This document shows, in pieces, positions 13,391-25,990 of a DNA stretch of 64,000 bases. Under the pieces are notes generated by a model that saw nothing but the letters and a program-made list of their open reading frames with translations, searched no databases and was not told the origin of the DNA. Origin of the DNA: Callorhinchus milii (taxonomy: Eukaryota); NCBI RefSeq assembly GCF_018977255.1, contig NW_024704742.1, positions 44,084,001 through 44,148,000 of the forward strand, read 5' to 3'. Both the position numbers and the translations under genes were made by a program. The stretch's first letter is position 1, and every line of letters begins with the position of its first letter.

Positions 13391-14139
13391 TTGAAAGATT
13401 CTATCATTCCACTTGGAATTAGAGTTACACTTCGGTAGTGCCATAACAGAGTATATCATTTGTATGCGTATTACATATGCTACAGTGAACATTAAGCAAT
13501 ATAGCTTAGACAGGATTCATGTGATCAGTTGGACTGTGATGATGGTTAGAAAAGCATATGGTTGAATTATTGCAATATTTCTTAATTATTGGCAGTTGCA
13601 TACTGGGAAGCCTTAAATAGCAACAACAACAATTTGCATTGATGTCTTTTAGATGGATGCTGACACTCACTGGCAAAATCAACCACCATAGCAAGGATTT
13701 TGTTCTCCTTTGGCCTAAAATATATTATTAAAGTAAAATTTTTCCTGTGTAAATTTATCCAATGTACTTCACAGTGAAAAATAATAGAATGAAGATAAAT
13801 TTATATTCATCTGCTTTTGTCAAGGAATCAGAATAAAATTCAGAGTTTTTCATTAATTCATCTTTATTAAACAGATAGGGTAATCGTCATTTCAAGGGAA
13901 ATCATTTTGGGACTTTATTGCTTTTTTAAAAAAAACAGTCCCCTGTGTGGACAGGTTACCTGTTGCAAATCAAGTGTAGCATTTCAGGATTTTTCTTTCT
14001 AGATGCAGCTTGGGGATTTAGTTCTCAGGTGACTTCTCCCTTGGCCCACAGAGTTCAAGTAGGATAACTTGTTGAACTGCATTAAAGAGTGATTCCACAT
14101 AGTACTATGAAATATACAACTTGCACATAATATTAATAA

Positions 14140-14353
14140 TAATGTAATGATTCCTTCAAAAATAATAAAAGAAATAATAATTTGGTCACTCAATCCACAA
14201 ATGTTTGTGGGACACTGCTGTGTGCATTTGGCTGCCACGTTTCGTCCATAAAATATACAGTCAATTCACTTTACAGTATATTCTGTGAAGCACTTTGAGA
14301 TGTCTCGAAGACATGATAAGGTGCTATATCAAATGCAAGGTTTATTATTATTA
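14140..14353 (+). mobile_element. tRNA-derived SINE, 3' half
   Basis: Matches the family 3' region and tail. Confidence 0.85.
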
Positions 14354-15284
14354 TAAAAAAGCTATTCTAGTGATCAAAATCTAGGCTCTCTCTAAATTTA
14401 ATAAAAGGTAGCTGCCAAATTTCCTGTGAGAAGCCTGAGGGAGAAACCATTCTCCTGAGGTTCCTAAAGACAGATTTAAAAGGACATATTTTAAAAACAA
14501 TTTCTGGTTCCATGTTAAAAACAATTTCTGGTTTTGTTCTTTCACAAAGAACAAAAGAACAAAACACATTCAGGATTAACACAATATCAACCTGTCTATT
14601 TCTGTGCATTCCTTCCAATATGTCAAGCGCTCTGGGACGCTACCCCACGTGAAGGGCGCTATACAAATGCAAGTTGTTGTTGTTATGCAGATCACTTGCC
14701 TTAAGTGCCTTGGCAAAAAAAATCATAATTTCATATATATGTAAAACACTTGATATATTTTCTATACTGATAATGAATAGTTATGCTGTCGTAAGCTAAC
14801 AACTCAAATATATAGTATTTAATTGTTTCTAGTTTCAACAAGTTCAATATAATATAGAAGCAATGTGTCTCTATTTATCTTTGTCATTCTTATTGCATTG
14901 ACAGAGGTCTGAACCATGTGAAGTCAAATAAGGCTTATGCAATCTTAATTAGGAGGTTACTGGACAGAGTTTGAAGAGATCTCTGAAGTCTATGAATACC
15001 TTGAAACAAATCCTGTGCACAACTGTGAGGGCCCTTCCTTTGCAGATGCAAATTGATAAAATTCTATCTGCCAGCAATTAAGTAAAGCTTTCTATGTTTA
15101 CAGGCTGGCTGAGAAATACAACATAAATCACATCACTACTGCCTGATGGAGGATTGAATTACAAATTTATGTTTCTCAAATCTTGCAAATGGTTTTGTGA
15201 GCTCCAAGGTTGCCATGGCAGCACCAGAGTACCCCAAAAAAGGCATTACACACAATTCAAATGCTTCTGCAAGTTTCAAACTCA

Positions 15285-15578
15285 ACCTTAGGCAAGTTTC
15301 CTTTCTCCTCAAGCCTCTGTTTACCTAGCAGTAAATAAGATCCCCGTTGTTAGTCGATTGGTGGATCACTTTTCTGGGGATAATAATCCCTTAAAAAATT
15401 CTAAAAGTAATAATAATTTGGTCACACAATCCACGACTATTCGTGGGACATTGCTGTGTGTAATTGACTGCTGTGTTTCGCCCACAAAATATACAGTCAA
15501 TTCACTTTACAGTAAATTCTGTGATGCTCTTTGAGTTGTCTCGAAGATGTGATAAGATATATCAACTGCAACGATTAC
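15285..15578 (+). mobile_element. tRNA-derived SINE, long subfamily, 5' truncated
   Basis: aaccttaggcaagtttcc...gcctctgtttacctagcagtaaataag central segment followed by the family 3' end. Confidence 0.85.
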
Positions 15579-15587
15579 GACAACAAC

Positions 15588-15899
15588 AATAATAATAATC
15601 CTTGCATTTGATATAGTGCTTTTCACATCTTCTCGATGTCTCAAATCACTTCACAGAATACACTGTAAAGTGAATTGACCGTATATATGTGGGCAAAACG
15701 CGGCAGCCAATTGTGCACAGCAGTGTCCCACAGACAGTCGTGGATTGAAAATGACCAATTTATCATTGTTTTGTTTTGGAGGATTATTATTAGGCGTGTG
15801 GAGTAAGGAAACTTGCCCAAGGTTTCACCCTGCCTGGAATTGAGCCCAGGTGTCTCACTTGCAAGGTGAGTGCTCTAACCACTGAGCTACAGGACTCCA
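15588..15899 (-). mobile_element. tRNA-derived SINE, short subfamily, full length
   Basis: Full match to the family; tail-to-tail with the preceding copy. Confidence 0.92.
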
Positions 15900-16038
15900 A
15901 ACACAACAGTAGTTTTATCCTTTTCCTTGTGATGGCAAAATTTGTCTCAGACATCTTTTAAATGAATTCCCTCCTCTCAATTTAGCACATTAACAGTGTT
16001 GAAACATTACAGCAAGATGAAGCAGGACGAAGCACAGA

Positions 16039-16525
16039 CAACAACATGACTTGCATTTATATAGCGCCCTCCACGCCGGGCATCGTCTCAGAGCACTTAA
16101 CAATAGCGGAACCCGAGGCCGAGCCAGGAGGAGGGAAGGTGACCGTAGGCTCAGTCGAAGAGAAAGGTCTTCAGCCGCGACCTGAAATGGGGAAGGAGGG
16201 GGCGAGGTGAAGGGGTTGAGGGAGGGTGTTCCAAAGTTTCGGGGTGTAGTGGCTGAAGGCACGGCCGCTGATGGTGGAGCAAAGGATTCGGGGGACACGA
16301 GGAGGCTGGACCCAGTAGAGCGGAGGCAGCGGGTACTGCTGAGGGGAGAGAGGAGGTTTGAAAGATAGGGAGGTGCCAAGGAATGGAGGGATTTAAACAC
16401 TAGAGTGAGGATCTTGAAGTTGATCTGCTCTGTGACAGGGAACCAGTGAAGTTTGGTAAGGACTGGAGTAATCAGGGTACAAAGTTTGTTATGGGTGAGA
16501 ATGCGGATGACGGAGTTTTGAATGA
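16039..16525 (-). mobile_element. L2 LINE 3' end
   Basis: FKSLHSLAPPYLSNLL ORF2 C-terminus; tail ending aaatgcaagtcatgttgttg. Confidence 0.88.
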
Positions 16526-17267
16526 TTATTATTAATGTTCTTCAATGCATCACCAAAAACATTTGATAAATGGTCCAATCCTGTCTACTTCATGGGAAAT
16601 GGAAAATAACAATGATCAATGTTGCATGAATAGTCAAATCGTGCCAGGATACCTTCCTTAAAATGCTGTGTTCCAAAATTGCTGATATTATTGAATTCTG
16701 GTGCTTTTGTTGTTATTTTACCTTCTTTCTATAAATGTGTGGTTCAAACTCCACGTGATCAATCAATTAAACCTCATGCTGATGAAAACAAAATTCTTTC
16801 TGTGGAGGGAAAAATGGAGTATGTAATAATTAACACATCACACGTTGCACTTTCTCCCTGTGCTTGTTGACAAATAATCTTTATATGTCAACGATTGCCT
16901 CATTGTTAAGGGTCACATATCTATGGGTGATCAATCTTTTTTATATAAAAGAAAACAATTTCCTGAAGAAGAGTGAAAAATGGCAATAGATATAGATGAC
17001 AGTTGTTTAATAGAGGTGACAATTTAATTGGAGACATATATCATTGGAATCACAACTTCTCCAACTGACTTCTGTTGTATTAGCACTGTTGTCTAACAAA
17101 AGCTGCTCCCAAGTCCCCATGCAAAGTCCTGAAGCAGATATATTGGCACTATGAAAGCATTTTCATCTTGGATAACACCTCAAATGCTTTTACCTTGATG
17201 AACATTCAGAAATACTTTGTCGTTAATTGAATGAATTTTATTATGTACAAAGAAAGTTTTAAACACT

Positions 17268-17465
17268 ACAACACAGAGTAGTAAATGTATCGAACAGGCT
17301 CTCTAGGGAGACGGTGGAAGCAGAAAGTGTTGATTCTTTCAATAACAAATTAGATAGATTTTTGTTAGAAAATAAAATCTTAGTATACAATATATAGTTT
17401 GAGACACGATATGTCATGCGACATGGAAGGCAAACTGGATGAACCTTGGTCTTTTGCCTGTTCAC
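17268..17465 (+). mobile_element. Old CR1 3' end fragment
   Basis: agagtagtaaatgtatcgaacaggctc...gtggaagcag...aaattagatagatt. Confidence 0.6.
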
Positions 17466-17679
17466 AGTCCATTAGTTCTGCTGTAACCATTGCGGATTTC
17501 GGCTTTTAACTGCACTTTTCTTTAAGAAATAATAATTCTTGCATTTGATATAGCATCCTATCACATCTTTTAGACGTCTCAAAACGCTTCACAGAATATA
17601 CTGTAAAGTATATTTTGTGGGCAAAATGCGGCAGCCAATTGCACACAGCAGTGTCCCATAAACAGTCGCGGATTGTGGT

Positions 17680-17832
17680 CGCGCTCTCGCCCCTGAGTCA
17701 GATGGTTGTGGGCTCAAGGCCCATGTTGGGACTTGGAACTCCTATAGTCTAGGCTGATGGTCCAGTGTGGTGCTGAGGAGGAGTGCTGTATTGTTGGAGG
17801 CGCCTCTTTTGAAACGGATGTTAAACTAAGAT
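17680..17832 (+). mobile_element. Old Deu-domain-like SINE, 5' part (preceded by a minus-strand SINE 3' fragment at 17530-17675)
   Basis: ctctcgcccctgagtcagatggttgtgggctcaag...gtgctgtattgttggaggcgcc is the reverse complement of the old family. Confidence 0.7.
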
Positions 17833-20463
17833 TCTAAAATTGACTCCAAAATGTCCGAATTTAAGGAAGTATAACACATTTCAGAAATAAGGATATTGAA
17901 ATCACTTTAATATTATTAACGGATCACAATTATATTGTTTACAAGTAACTTTTTCACACTTCTGGCACATCTGTTCCAGAGATCTACATGTTAGCACTTT
18001 TAAAATGGAACACTTTGAAGTCGGTTCATGGAGTTTGAAAGAACTCAAAGCAACAAAAAACTACACTAAGCACACTCCATAAACTGATAAAAAGACTTAC
18101 AGGGAGTAACATTTGACCACAAAAACCAAAAATACAACAAGGTCATAAACTCTCAGTCATCATTTAGACATACCCTTATTTGGGAGAAAATATTGATTCT
18201 AACTTGGTGCTATTGTACAATTGATGACTGACATTCAGGCTTAAAGTCAATTGATTCTAAAACATTGCTAAACGCTATCTAAATAAATTAAGATGGCAGA
18301 TATTGTGTTCAAAAATTCTTTAAACTAATTACATTATACATCATTTGGAGATTTTGCTGATTTACATTTGGTAGAGGAATTTGAAATTCTCTGCACTCTT
18401 TATATATTTAAAACTGATATGATCAACAAAATATTACAGTTATAACAATAAACAAACTGCAAGGCTTCAAATGATTTAAGAGGAGACAGTGAGGCAATGC
18501 TTTCTTAGAGAGAAGGCAATTATCTTCTGAAAGCTGCTTCAATAACCTGAGGATAAAATCATCTGCATTCAGTGTATTGTACATGTATTAGATACATTTA
18601 TCCAATTTTGTTATATACAAAGAAACTGTTAAACGCTGCATAACAAGTGTGTAGCACACTCTGCTGTTCACACTCTTCTGATACATATATCCAAATAATA
18701 CGTGCTTTCAGCCACTATGTGCTCTGGGAATCTACCCTGCGTGAGGGCCTCTATATAAACGCAAGTTGTTGTAATGTCTGAAATTCCGGAACTCCTTGCC
18801 TCAATCCCTGTGTTTGCCCTTCTTCAAGTCACACCGCCTTGACCTGGCCTTCAGTCACCTCCCCTCTCTTTCCAGCTTGGTGTCAAAACACACCTCTGTT
18901 TGAGTTCTCTGAGATATTACTCGGGTGACGGGTGCTATGTAAATGCAAGTTGTTGTTATGTAGACCAGAAGACTTAAGGTTGAATACCTGGTCTGTACCA
19001 CTTTAGCTCTTCTCACCTGACAGTTAGGATTCCTATTAGTAGACACAGTGGACTTGGTTCAGAGATGTGAAAAATCAGCTAGAGCTCCTGTTCCCAATTG
19101 TTATCTAACAACCAGTGCTGATGGTGGATATTAGGAGAGAACAGAAATGGTGGCGGGTGGTTCAACTGTGATGCTTTCCCCCGTCTTGATCATCAAACAC
19201 CCTACCCATGCACACAAGTGTAAAATGGCACATGAAACCTTCCTCACTTTGAGGAAGAGGATAAAGTTAGGAAAATAGGTTAGAATCTACAGTTTACAGT
19301 TTCTCATGCGCTTTTACATCAGAATTTCAAGTTCAATTTAATTTCATGGTCAATTCATTATTCAGTAGCCTAGTTCTATATATGGTATCAAAAACATTAG
19401 TTCCACTTACTTTCCAAAATATAGTTAACGTTCGTTAACATTATTGGCAAGAATCACAACTGGGTTTGGGGGGAAAAAATATGAGCAACAGAAACAGAGA
19501 ATACATACGTAATGTATTTCAGAATTCTGGGAGAAAAGTCCAGCAGTACCTTGTGCCATATCTTGGAATAATATAAGGTCGCACAGGTGTAAAGATCTCA
19601 CAAATTTCAGTTACACAGAAACAAATGGCTTGTGTCAAGGACAGACTGCATAAGATATGGTTGCAGTAAGAATGGACACATTTAACAGCATAGCGAGTGA
19701 CCTATTTTCATCTCAGTATGGGGGGTGGGGGGAGATGAAAAAGTATAACTTATCCCAACATTGGTGAGTCCTAGGTAAAAAATTCATGATTACCCCCCAA
19801 AAAATCAATTTACTTTCAAGGCAATTGCTGCACTGCTCTTCAAACCACTGATAAAATGCACTATTTTTGAAGTTAGGCTCAGTATTTCCAAACCATACAA
19901 CAAAGTTATGCACACATAACAATCTAACTTTTCAAAAATGCTTTTGCAGACACAATAGGCTTATTTTTTGCGTCAGTCCTGATGGGGTCACTACAAAATA
20001 CACAGTCATCATACTCTAATAAATCCTGTTTTGAGAGCTTTGAATGATGTGATAAAGTCCTTGGCCAAATGCAAGGATTATTATTATTATTATTTGTAAC
20101 TTCATAATGAAGTTTTTTTTGGAGAAGATATCAATCTCACCTGAGATAAAAAAAAGTATAAAATAATAGACTGAGACATCAACAAAAGTTTATCGGAACA
20201 ATGAAATATTTTCTTGAGGATTTTCTGAAGCTTTGTTGAACACTATGTGATTCTCCCATGTAGATCATCTGCTCACCCTCATTTCTCCATTTGTAGAATG
20301 TTTGAAGCAACACTTAGGCAATAGACAAAAATACCTTTTATACTTTCAAAAGTTACATTCCATGTAAACATAAACAACTGATGCAGGGGCACTAAATAAC
20401 AAACACATCCTATTTGTGTAAATTCCTTACTTAAAGACTATGTGCAGATGTAGTATCCAGCAG

Positions 20464-20984
20464 TCAACAGGGAGCTGACACACTGACATTGGTACATCTG
20501 GAGGTAGAGCTACCAGTTGTACCGGCTTCCTCCTCTATTTCCCGAATATGCGCTTGCTTTTTGGTGCCACAAGTAAAAGTTGCCAGGAAAGCCATACGGA
20601 ATCGCTTGTTCATGAAACAGTAGATGATGGGATTTACACAGGCAGAGGTGTAGGAGAGCAGATGAATGAATGAAATTGCTGTCCCAGACAGAATTCTGCC
20701 AGCAGAAACTTTATCAAAAGCTCGCCAAGCATTGGCACAGAGTATGGGTGTCCAACAGATAAAAAACATGACCACTATCACAATCAACATCCGAATCACT
20801 CTCTTCTTGGCCATAAGGTTTGCAGTGGAACTGTTACTTCTTATCCTATTGATTTTGACTGTTCTGGTATTTGATAAGCGTTGCAATTCAATTGTTCTGT
20901 TCCGTTTCAGATTCTGTCTGTAACACCCATCTCCATCTTCGTATTTGCTGATGCTGACGCTATTTGTGGTACTGCTTTCTCTCT
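20464..20984 (-). CDS. CCKAR: CCKAR coding exon 5 (ICL3, TM6, TM7, C-tail, stop TGA at 20466-20464)
   Basis: ctcccag acceptor; ERESSTTNSVSISKYEDGDGCY...NLMAKKRVIRMLIVIVVMFFICWTPILCANAWRAFD...SYTSACVNPIIYCFMNKRFR; CWxP and NPxxY motifs; spliced CDS is 1260 or 1323 nt and in frame either way. Confidence 0.96.
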
Positions 20985-21269
20985 CTGGGAGTAAAACATG
21001 GAAAAAATGGGAGCAATTTTATTTAGATCTTAATTATACTTGTAATGTAGAGGTCATTCAATCAACTTGCTTTCTGTTTTTTTTTAAAACAGTGCTCTGC
21101 TCTGCCTGACATATCTGGGAACTAGTAATATATTTCCTTTTAATGTCAGGACATAAGAAAGTGTACAAATGTTACCTTTTCAATAAGAAAACCAGACCAT
21201 TGTAGTCAGTAACTGTCCGGGTGCATTTTAGCAATGTCACTGCCCATTGTCATTTAACGCTAACTTTAC

Positions 21270-21397
21270 CTTGGTTGCGCTTTCTCTGACTCATTTCAAA
21301 CTGGATCCCATTGTACAGTTCACATGAGATTAGACCATATGCTGTCATCATCACTATTCCAGGGATCAAAGAGAGAAGCAGTAGCTGAAAAATGTAC
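21270..21397 (-). CDS. CCKAR: CCKAR coding exon 4 (TM5), 128 bp
   Basis: ttccag acceptor; WYIFQLLLLSLIPGIVMMTAYGLISCELYNGIQFEMSQRKRNQ; G|gtaaag donor. Confidence 0.95.
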
Positions 21398-21503
21398 CTG
21401 GAAGAAACAGGTATTGAACAAGTTACCCAATGCAAGAACTCCAATTTGGCTAAACTTTTTGAATTGATAGATTTGGAATAATTTCAACATTCATTATGGT
21501 TAC

Positions 21504-21771
21504 CAGGATTGCTGTGTGATATCATTGGGCCAGAGAAGACGGCACATGTTGCCTGTGCTGTTGTTGTCGTTGATTCTCGTGAAGGGCACTAAGTTGCCAT
21601 AGATGGGATATGGTAACATGACAGTAAATGAGAACAGCCAAGTAGCAGTGATCACCTTGAAGGCGTGAGACTTGGTCTGCCAGACCCTGGATTTGAGTGG
21701 TTTACAAATAGCACTGTATCTCTCCAGAGAAATTGCCACCAAACTGAAGGTCGAAACACTAACAGAAATAC
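21504..21771 (-). CDS. CCKAR: CCKAR coding exon 3 (TM3, TM4, ECL2), 268 bp
   Basis: cttag acceptor; GISVSVSTFSLVAISLERYSAICKPLKSRVWQTKSHAFKVITATW...GNMCRLLWPNDITQQSW; ERY motif; TG|gtaacc donor; phases consistent with neighbouring exons. Confidence 0.96.
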
Positions 21772-22044
21772 CTAAGAATAAAGACAAAATCTTATCAGTG
21801 AAAGCAAAATTATCATTTTGATTGCCATGGCAAACAATTCAAGGCTTACGTAATTGTGGACTTACCTCTTCCTACTTCAGACCCAATCATCACTGTAGTA
21901 TTAACTAACTCTTGATGTTTATGTACTAGTTAAAGTATATGATTATCTTTAAAAATGTTTTAAAATGTGTTCGTGTACAGACTAAATAATTATATTCAAA
22001 ATGTTCTATAATTAAAAAAATTGTCTAAATCTATAACCCTTATA

Positions 22045-22352
22045 TTCGATATAGCACCTTTCATGTTTCACAGGATCTATTGTATTTATTGTAGTAGTGA
22101 ACCTTTGCACAATAATGTTCTATAAATAGGCCTGAAATGAATGACCAACTTTATCTGGGGTTTTGGCCAGAACCCTGGGAGAAACTTGTTTCTCTTTTTG
22201 AATGGCACCATGAGATCTTTAATGTCCACCTTACAGACCTTAACCTCAGTTTAATATCTCATCCAAAAGACAGCACCTCTAACCATACAGCACTAGCTTC
22301 AACCCACGAGTTCTGACTCAAAGGCAAGAATACTACCACTGAGCAAGGCTGA
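22045..22352 (-). mobile_element. Old Deu-domain-like SINE, CCKAR intron 2
   Basis: Alignable by eye to the copies at 30695 and 33660. Confidence 0.7.
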
Positions 22353-22650
22353 TACAAATCTAAAGAATTTCACAGAATATACTTAATCAAGTTAGTCAAA
22401 TTTGCTAAATCACTTTTAATTTGCTAAATTCAAGGTCATAGTTTAATGCATGTTCTCTCATTTTTATATCCCAATATATGTTGGCCCATTGAAGTGCTTT
22501 ACTTTCAGTTAACATTGGTTGGTGTGAGTGACTGCAGCAAGATTTAGCAAAATCTTTCAAAGATCATCTTTAAGACTGCAGAGAAAGATTAGCCAAAGAA
22601 ACCCATGTTATTTTAATGATACAGCAAGGGCACATAGGGTTTTGTGTTGT

Positions 22651-22968
22651 CGTAGCTCAGTGGTTAGAGCACTCGCTTTGCAAGTGAGAGACCTGAAGTT
22701 CAATTCCAGGCAGGGCGAAACCTTGGGCAAATTTCCTTACTCCACACAGAGCCTAATAATAATCCTCCAAAACCAAAACCAATAATAAATTGGTCATTTT
22801 CAATCTACGACTGTTTGTGGGACATTGCTGTGCGCAATTGGCTGCCGCATTTGCCCACAAATATACAGTCAATTCACTTTACAGTGTGTTCTGTGAAGCG
22901 CTTTGGGACGTCTTCCCGACATGAAAAGCGCTATATCAAATGCAAGGATTATTATTATTATTATTATT
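22651..22968 (+). mobile_element. tRNA-derived SINE, short subfamily, in CCKAR intron 2
   Basis: Near-full match to the family. Confidence 0.92.
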
Positions 22969-25049
22969 CTTGTCAAGATATGTGATATGACTGTATCATC
23001 ACATTGAAGTGACTGGTACACAGAAAAGATTTCTAAAAATCATATTTATAAACACAGCATCCCTTCAAACATTTAATTTGTGTTGAATCTTGTAATTATG
23101 CTGAACATTATTTTTAGGTATTAAAATATCTTTAGAATTTTGAATATATCTCTTTGGATATGCTTTATGCAATGCACAAAGGGATATTTACATGTATCTG
23201 TAATATTTGCAAGCAATCAAACATGATCTTTGAGTTATTCCATGTGGGGTTTTTCAGCATTCCCATTCCTGAGCAAGACAGATCCGAATACTCAAGGGCA
23301 TTGATGATGACAGACCAGCCATCGGCAGGACTTGGAAGGGCAGACCCTGTGTCAGAGATTCTTCTCACTCAGCTCCTGTTAATCCTGAAAGCCAAAGCCT
23401 AAACGGAGAAGTTGTTCCTAGCTGAACAAGCACCAGAAAGCTTGCCAGAAATGCTTTCAATAACAAGCTGTGCATTTTAGCTGATTAAACTCCAGCAGTA
23501 ATTCAGCCTACACTCTGGGGTCTCCAAGCCTTGGCTCTTGCCAACCTATGCTTAAGATGCTCCAGAATTAAGTAAGCAGAGTGCATCCCTCCAAGCAGAG
23601 AGTGCCCATTCCATTCCAGACACGGGTACATTCTATTATATAGATAGCATGTATAGAACTGTCAGCCGGATTTGGATACTGTTAAGCCTGGTGATGGGTA
23701 TATAGTTTTGCATAAAATCAGTTATTCAGAAAATGTTTGAGTAGGTTTAGCCCCAATAATTGCTGAGCACGATCCATAAGGCTAACTGAACTGAAAGCTG
23801 GGCAACAAGATAAACTAGCATTGGAACTACTAACAATGATACCTGATACAAAGTGAACAATTACAGAATATTTTTTCTATTTTAGTGAATAATTCAAATT
23901 ACCAAATTAGATAGGCAGATTATTTGATCATCACACCATTCGTCACATCCTTGAGCTTAGTGCTATGTATAAATCTGCTAACTGATGTGTGCTTTTAAGA
24001 CTGTCTCACTTTCCAGCGTCTTGGGATGTCCTCCCGATGTGAAAGACCCTATATAAATATAATTTGTTGTTGTTGAAGTTTGTCTGTGGGCAGGAAATGG
24101 TAGCAAGTGTTTTCAGGAAGCTGCAATGGGTGAGCTATCAAGTACATGGGGGATAGATGAAAGGCTATAGGACCACTGGAAATCAATTGGGTACTTCCAT
24201 TTTAAGGGTTATGCAGAATGTCTACTTGAAACATTATCAGTCCTGATGTTCCACCTATGTCAATAAATATCTAAAAAAAAACTGAGAAAATCTATCAAAC
24301 AGACCAGCTCTCTGCACAACACTCATTGCATGTTCCAGGCATTTTATAAATCTTCCAGCTATTTACTGATACAATTTATTCCGTGTCAATGAAGAACAAC
24401 AGTGCCTTTTTTTATAATTGCGAAAGCCGTTTCGAGTATGAATCCAAATCAGCAAGCCAAAGATAATTGTTGAAATTGCAACTCCCAAAAAATCTTCTAA
24501 CAAGATTTAAATCCTGCACTTCCTCAATCAGAAATCTCGATGACATGATAAGGCACTACATCAAATGCAAGGATTATTATTATTATTATCAGGATAGTGA
24601 AATGAAAACAACATAACAAAAATGTGGCAACAACATAACAACCTCAGTGGCTGCATTACATTATTCAGAATGAGAACTATTTTGCTCAGCGTGTAAACAA
24701 AGAGCCAAGGAGCAAACCTAATTCATTAATGCCAACAGTTTTTGTATTGCTGTGTATTGCCTCTTGGTTCAGCCTGACTGCTAATAAATATCCAGTTGTA
24801 ATAAAGATTCCAGAGATGCCATGCTTCTTAGCTTATCTCCTCCTGCCGTTTGGAGAATAAAATTGGTTTATGCTAACGGAAAAACAGGTTGAGAGAAGCA
24901 TGTAAATGAAGGGTAAAGTTGTGTCGATTTTGCCAATTAGTGAGTTTTTATAACAACAACAAAATTACATCAACAACAACTTGCATTTATATAGTGCCCT
25001 TCATGCAGAGTGCTTAATTATATCCAAGTCACATCAAGTGCTGACAAAA

Positions 25050-25222
25050 ATAATAATAATTTGATCAATCAATCCACGACTGTTTGTGGGACACTGCTGT
25101 GCGCAATTGGCCGCCGCATTCTGCCCACAAAATATAGTCAATTCACTTTACAGTGTATTCTGTGAAAGCTTTGAGACGTCTCAACAGCACTATATCAAAT
25201 GTGAAGGATTATTATTATTATT
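25050..25222 (+). mobile_element. tRNA-derived SINE, 3' half, in CCKAR intron 2
   Basis: Matches the family 3' region. Confidence 0.85.
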
Positions 25223-25452
25223 GTAATAGATATCTAGATTTAATAAGCTTCACTGGCTGTCCCATTTGTTCCCAACTCCAAATTCAGCAAAGTAGATATT
25301 TTATTTATAAAAATGTTCCCTGCTTTAACTAATTACACTCGAATGAATAATCACAATTGGGATTTAAAAAGGAGGAACAGCTTTGACAGATTATGTGCTT
25401 AATTTTTTTTTACAGATCGTGCTATTTGTGTGTGTGTGTGTGTTTTTTTTAC

Positions 25453-25704
25453 CCATGAAGTAAGGCACAGCTTTGCAGACGGCGCTCCCGAAGATGAAAT
25501 CCTCGAGCAGGTTGGAGATGAGGGTGAAGGGGATACAGAAGAGACACAGCATCAGGTCGCTGACCGCCAGGGAGAGCAGGAAAGTGTTGGTCACTGTCCG
25601 CAGCCGCTTGTTCCTCAGCAGCACCGTGATGATCAGCACATTGCCCAACACACTCAGCATAAACAGGAGGCAGTAAAGAAAGATCCGCACAGTCTGATCC
25701 AAAT
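25453..25704 (-). CDS. CCKAR: CCKAR coding exon 2 (TM1 to start of TM3), 252 bp
   Basis: tttcag acceptor; xLDQTVRIFLYCLLFMLSVLGNVLIITVLLRNKRLRTVTNTFLLSLAVSDLMLCLFCIPFTLISNLLEDFIFGSAVCKAVPYFMG; G|gtaaaa donor; class A GPCR GN and LAxxD motifs. Confidence 0.95.
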
Positions 25705-25899
25705 CTGAAACAAAAACAAACTCAATCCAAGGAATATTTTACTGCATCTGTCCCACCTGTTCCTTGTGCAGGGGGCAGTTTTGCCCTTGTCCATTTCCCC
25801 CCCAACCCCCCTCCCCGCCACTGCCCACCCTGTTGCCTTGTACAGGGGGCAGTCTTGCTCCCCCCCCACCCCCTGGCCCAGAGCTGCTCTCACTCTTAC

Positions 25900-25990
25900 A
25901 CTGGTCGCTCCTGCTCTTCCCCTCCTGCGCTGCATCTGTTGGGCTCGACGTGACTGTGAGATTGAGCAGAAGATCCGAAACTGTCTCCAT
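25900..25990 (-). CDS. CCKAR: Cholecystokinin receptor type A, coding exon 1 (donor uncertain: 25900 GT donor shown; alternative GC donor would extend the exon to 25837)
   Basis: ATG at 25990 gives METVSDLLLNLTVTSSP..., resembling the CCK1R N-terminus, with an NLT glycosylation sequon. A phase-1 donor is needed to join exon 2; T|gtaaga at 25900/25899 is the strongest GT candidate. Confidence 0.65.

Noticed and set aside
14491..14539. 24-bp tandem duplication ttaaaaacaatttctggtt
   Set aside because: Ordinary slippage event with no functional context
18960..19250. Weak similarity among 5500-5720, 18960-19250, 51340-51600, 53820-53920 and 55990-56200
   Set aside because: Probably a very old repeat family, but too diverged to support boundaries or identity by eye
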